Shown: piece by piece, positions 34,946 to 36,614 of the stretch
Layout of the letters: the number at the start of each line of letters is the position of its first letter
Position numbering within the stretch: the first letter of the stretch is position 1
From: Octopus bimaculoides
Taxonomy: Eukaryota
Direction of reading: 5' to 3'
NCBI RefSeq assembly: GCF_001194135.2
Contig: NC_068988.1
Location: forward strand, 21,639,994-21,676,607
DNA length: 36,614 nucleotides
Position numbers and translations under genes: made by a program
The notes under the pieces: generated by a model
Seen by the model: the letters and a program-made list of their open reading frames with translations, nothing else
The model's database searches: none
Told to the model about the DNA's origin: nothing

Positions 34946-35828
34946 GAAAGATTTCGAGGGTTTGTACATATATATATATATAAATGATGCTAGAAATATT
35001 GACACAGACGTGTTCAAACACAAAGCTTGGTGAGGCTGTAATAGTAATTTCTAAAATTGGCACCACCATCACAACGATAACACTGTCAACACTGTTACTG
35101 TAACCACTCTCATCAGGTCCCTAGATAGAAACCCCAGCCAACAACACTGACACAGTACATCTATACTCGTTTATCGCAGAGTTTGGCTAAAAGCAAACAA
35201 ACAAACAAAAAACCCTGTGAAAATTAATCAGTGATGAATTAATGATCTCCCCACATTTTATAAACTGAACGAATATTAGATTAATTGACACCTAACTCGG
35301 GCCCCAGAGCAGCAGTGTTTCCACCGTCACATTTTCTTGATCATCTCGACCGTTTTCTGTAGACAATAACACTCGCCAACATCGTTTGGTGGAATCAGCC
35401 ACCTTCGTATTTTTTCTGTTCAATGACGGATACATGTACGTAAATCTGTACAAAACAATACCCAGCATCGCAGCTTGTTCGTATAAGCACACACGATAGT
35501 CAATGTAGTCTGGAAAGGTGGGAATTGTGGGAGGTCGCTGGGGAACATTTTTGCGCTACAGACAAAATCTTTGACTGATCGCCGATCCGCGCTATCTCAG
35601 ATCATTCCATGATAAGCGTGACATGGCTCACAATCTAGTCATTCCCAGTCAGTCATGAATGAACCAGTGATAATCGAGGCTACATAGATAAACATTATCA
35701 CCTTCATAAATATTAATAACAAAAACAGCCGCAAAAACAACACTATCATTGTCAAATTATTAAGATTTTTAGCTTTCATCAACACATTTTTCGATTCCCG
35801 TTGTGAGAAGGCAATATTTTGCAAGTCA

Positions 35829-36262
35829 AAGGCGGGGATCTGGCAGAAACGTTAGCACGCCGGACGAAATGCTTAGCGGCATTTCGTCTGCCGCTGCGTT
35901 CTGAGTTCAAATTCCGCCGAGGTCGATTTTGCCTTTCATCCTTTCTGGATTGATTAAATAAGTACCAGTTACGCACTGGGGTCGATATAATTGTCTTAAT
36001 TCATTTGTCTGTCCTTGTTTGTCTCCTCTGTGTGAAGCCCTTTGTGGGTAATAAAGAAATAAGAAACATTAGCGCGCCGGGCGAAATGCTTAGCAGTATT
36101 TATTCTGTCTACGTTCTGAGTTCAAATTCCGCCGAGGTCGACTTTGCTTTCTCATCCTTTCGGGGTCGATAAATTAAGTATCAGTTACGTACTGGGGTCG
36201 ATTGAATCGACTGGCTCCTTCCCCCAAAATTCCGGGCGTTGTGTCTAAAGTAGAAAAGAGTA
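35829..36262 (+). mobile_element. Head-to-tail dimer of family A SINEs (35829-36062, and about 36061-36262)
   Basis: The second monomer starts at gaaacattagcgcgcc, lacks the first ~15 nt of the head, and carries a different 3' tail from the first. Confidence 0.85.
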
Positions 36263-36483
36263 TTTTGCAAGTCCATGAGTCACCACCTTGTCTTTTCTCT
36301 CGCAACAAACAGTAGCTAAACCATATTCTAATTCTTCTTTCTAAAGCAAAGGATATATTGGTGATTGTCAACATAAGTACATTTTGTTAAAAATAAGGTG
36401 GGATGGTCACAATGAAATGGTATTGCCTTTCATTATTGAACAGTAACGCTATAATCACTACTATACCAGTACAAACAAGACTA

Positions 36484-36614
36484 TCACCACAATACCCCCA
36501 CTCCATCACCACCACCGCCAGTACCACCACCACCACCACCACCACCACCACTACCACCACCACCACCACCACCACCAAAACAACAACAATAACAACAACA
36601 ACAACAACTACTAC
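36484..36614. repeat. (CCA)n and (CAA)n trinucleotide repeats
   Basis: Direct reading. Confidence 0.95.

Noticed and set aside
35285-35600. Open frames with faint Tc1-like (DNNTRQHR) or piggyBac-like (STKRCWRV) words
   Set aside because: The readings are on opposite strands and mutually exclusive, with no TIRs found.
1402-36578. Numerous long ORFs of YI, CV/HT, LSI, poly-V/T/Y or X residues
   Set aside because: They are translations of microsatellites, N-gaps and purine-rich tracts, not proteins.
1-36614. CRISPR arrays, operons or other prokaryotic systems
   Set aside because: No regularly spaced repeat-spacer array or gene-dense segment; the sequence is repeat-rich animal-type DNA.

Overview
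AT-rich, microsatellite-saturated eukaryotic scaffold with 14 N-gaps totalling about 4.5 kb, nearly all flanked by simple repeats. The SINE families and repeat style look like an octopod cephalopod genome; this comes from pattern recognition, not a database search. No host protein-coding gene can be called securely, and most listed ORFs are microsatellite, N-run or low-complexity artefacts. The window is a mosaic of decayed mobile elements: two mariner transposase pseudogenes (one full length with TIRs and TA TSD), an internally deleted maT-like element, several TA-flanked MITEs, 3' fragments of L1-Tx1, R4/Dong and CR1/L2-group LINEs, a Penelope-like GIY-YIG fragment, and many copies of two tRNA-derived SINE families. 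The best non-obvious signal is a structurally complete type I hammerhead ribozyme on the minus strand at 22146-22193 (extended stem I 22136-22228), inside a non-coding TA-flanked unit. Several degenerate hammerhead-like motifs from other repeat families also occur. Exact duplications at gap edges (27679-29577 and 4442-4560) are best explained as assembly errors.
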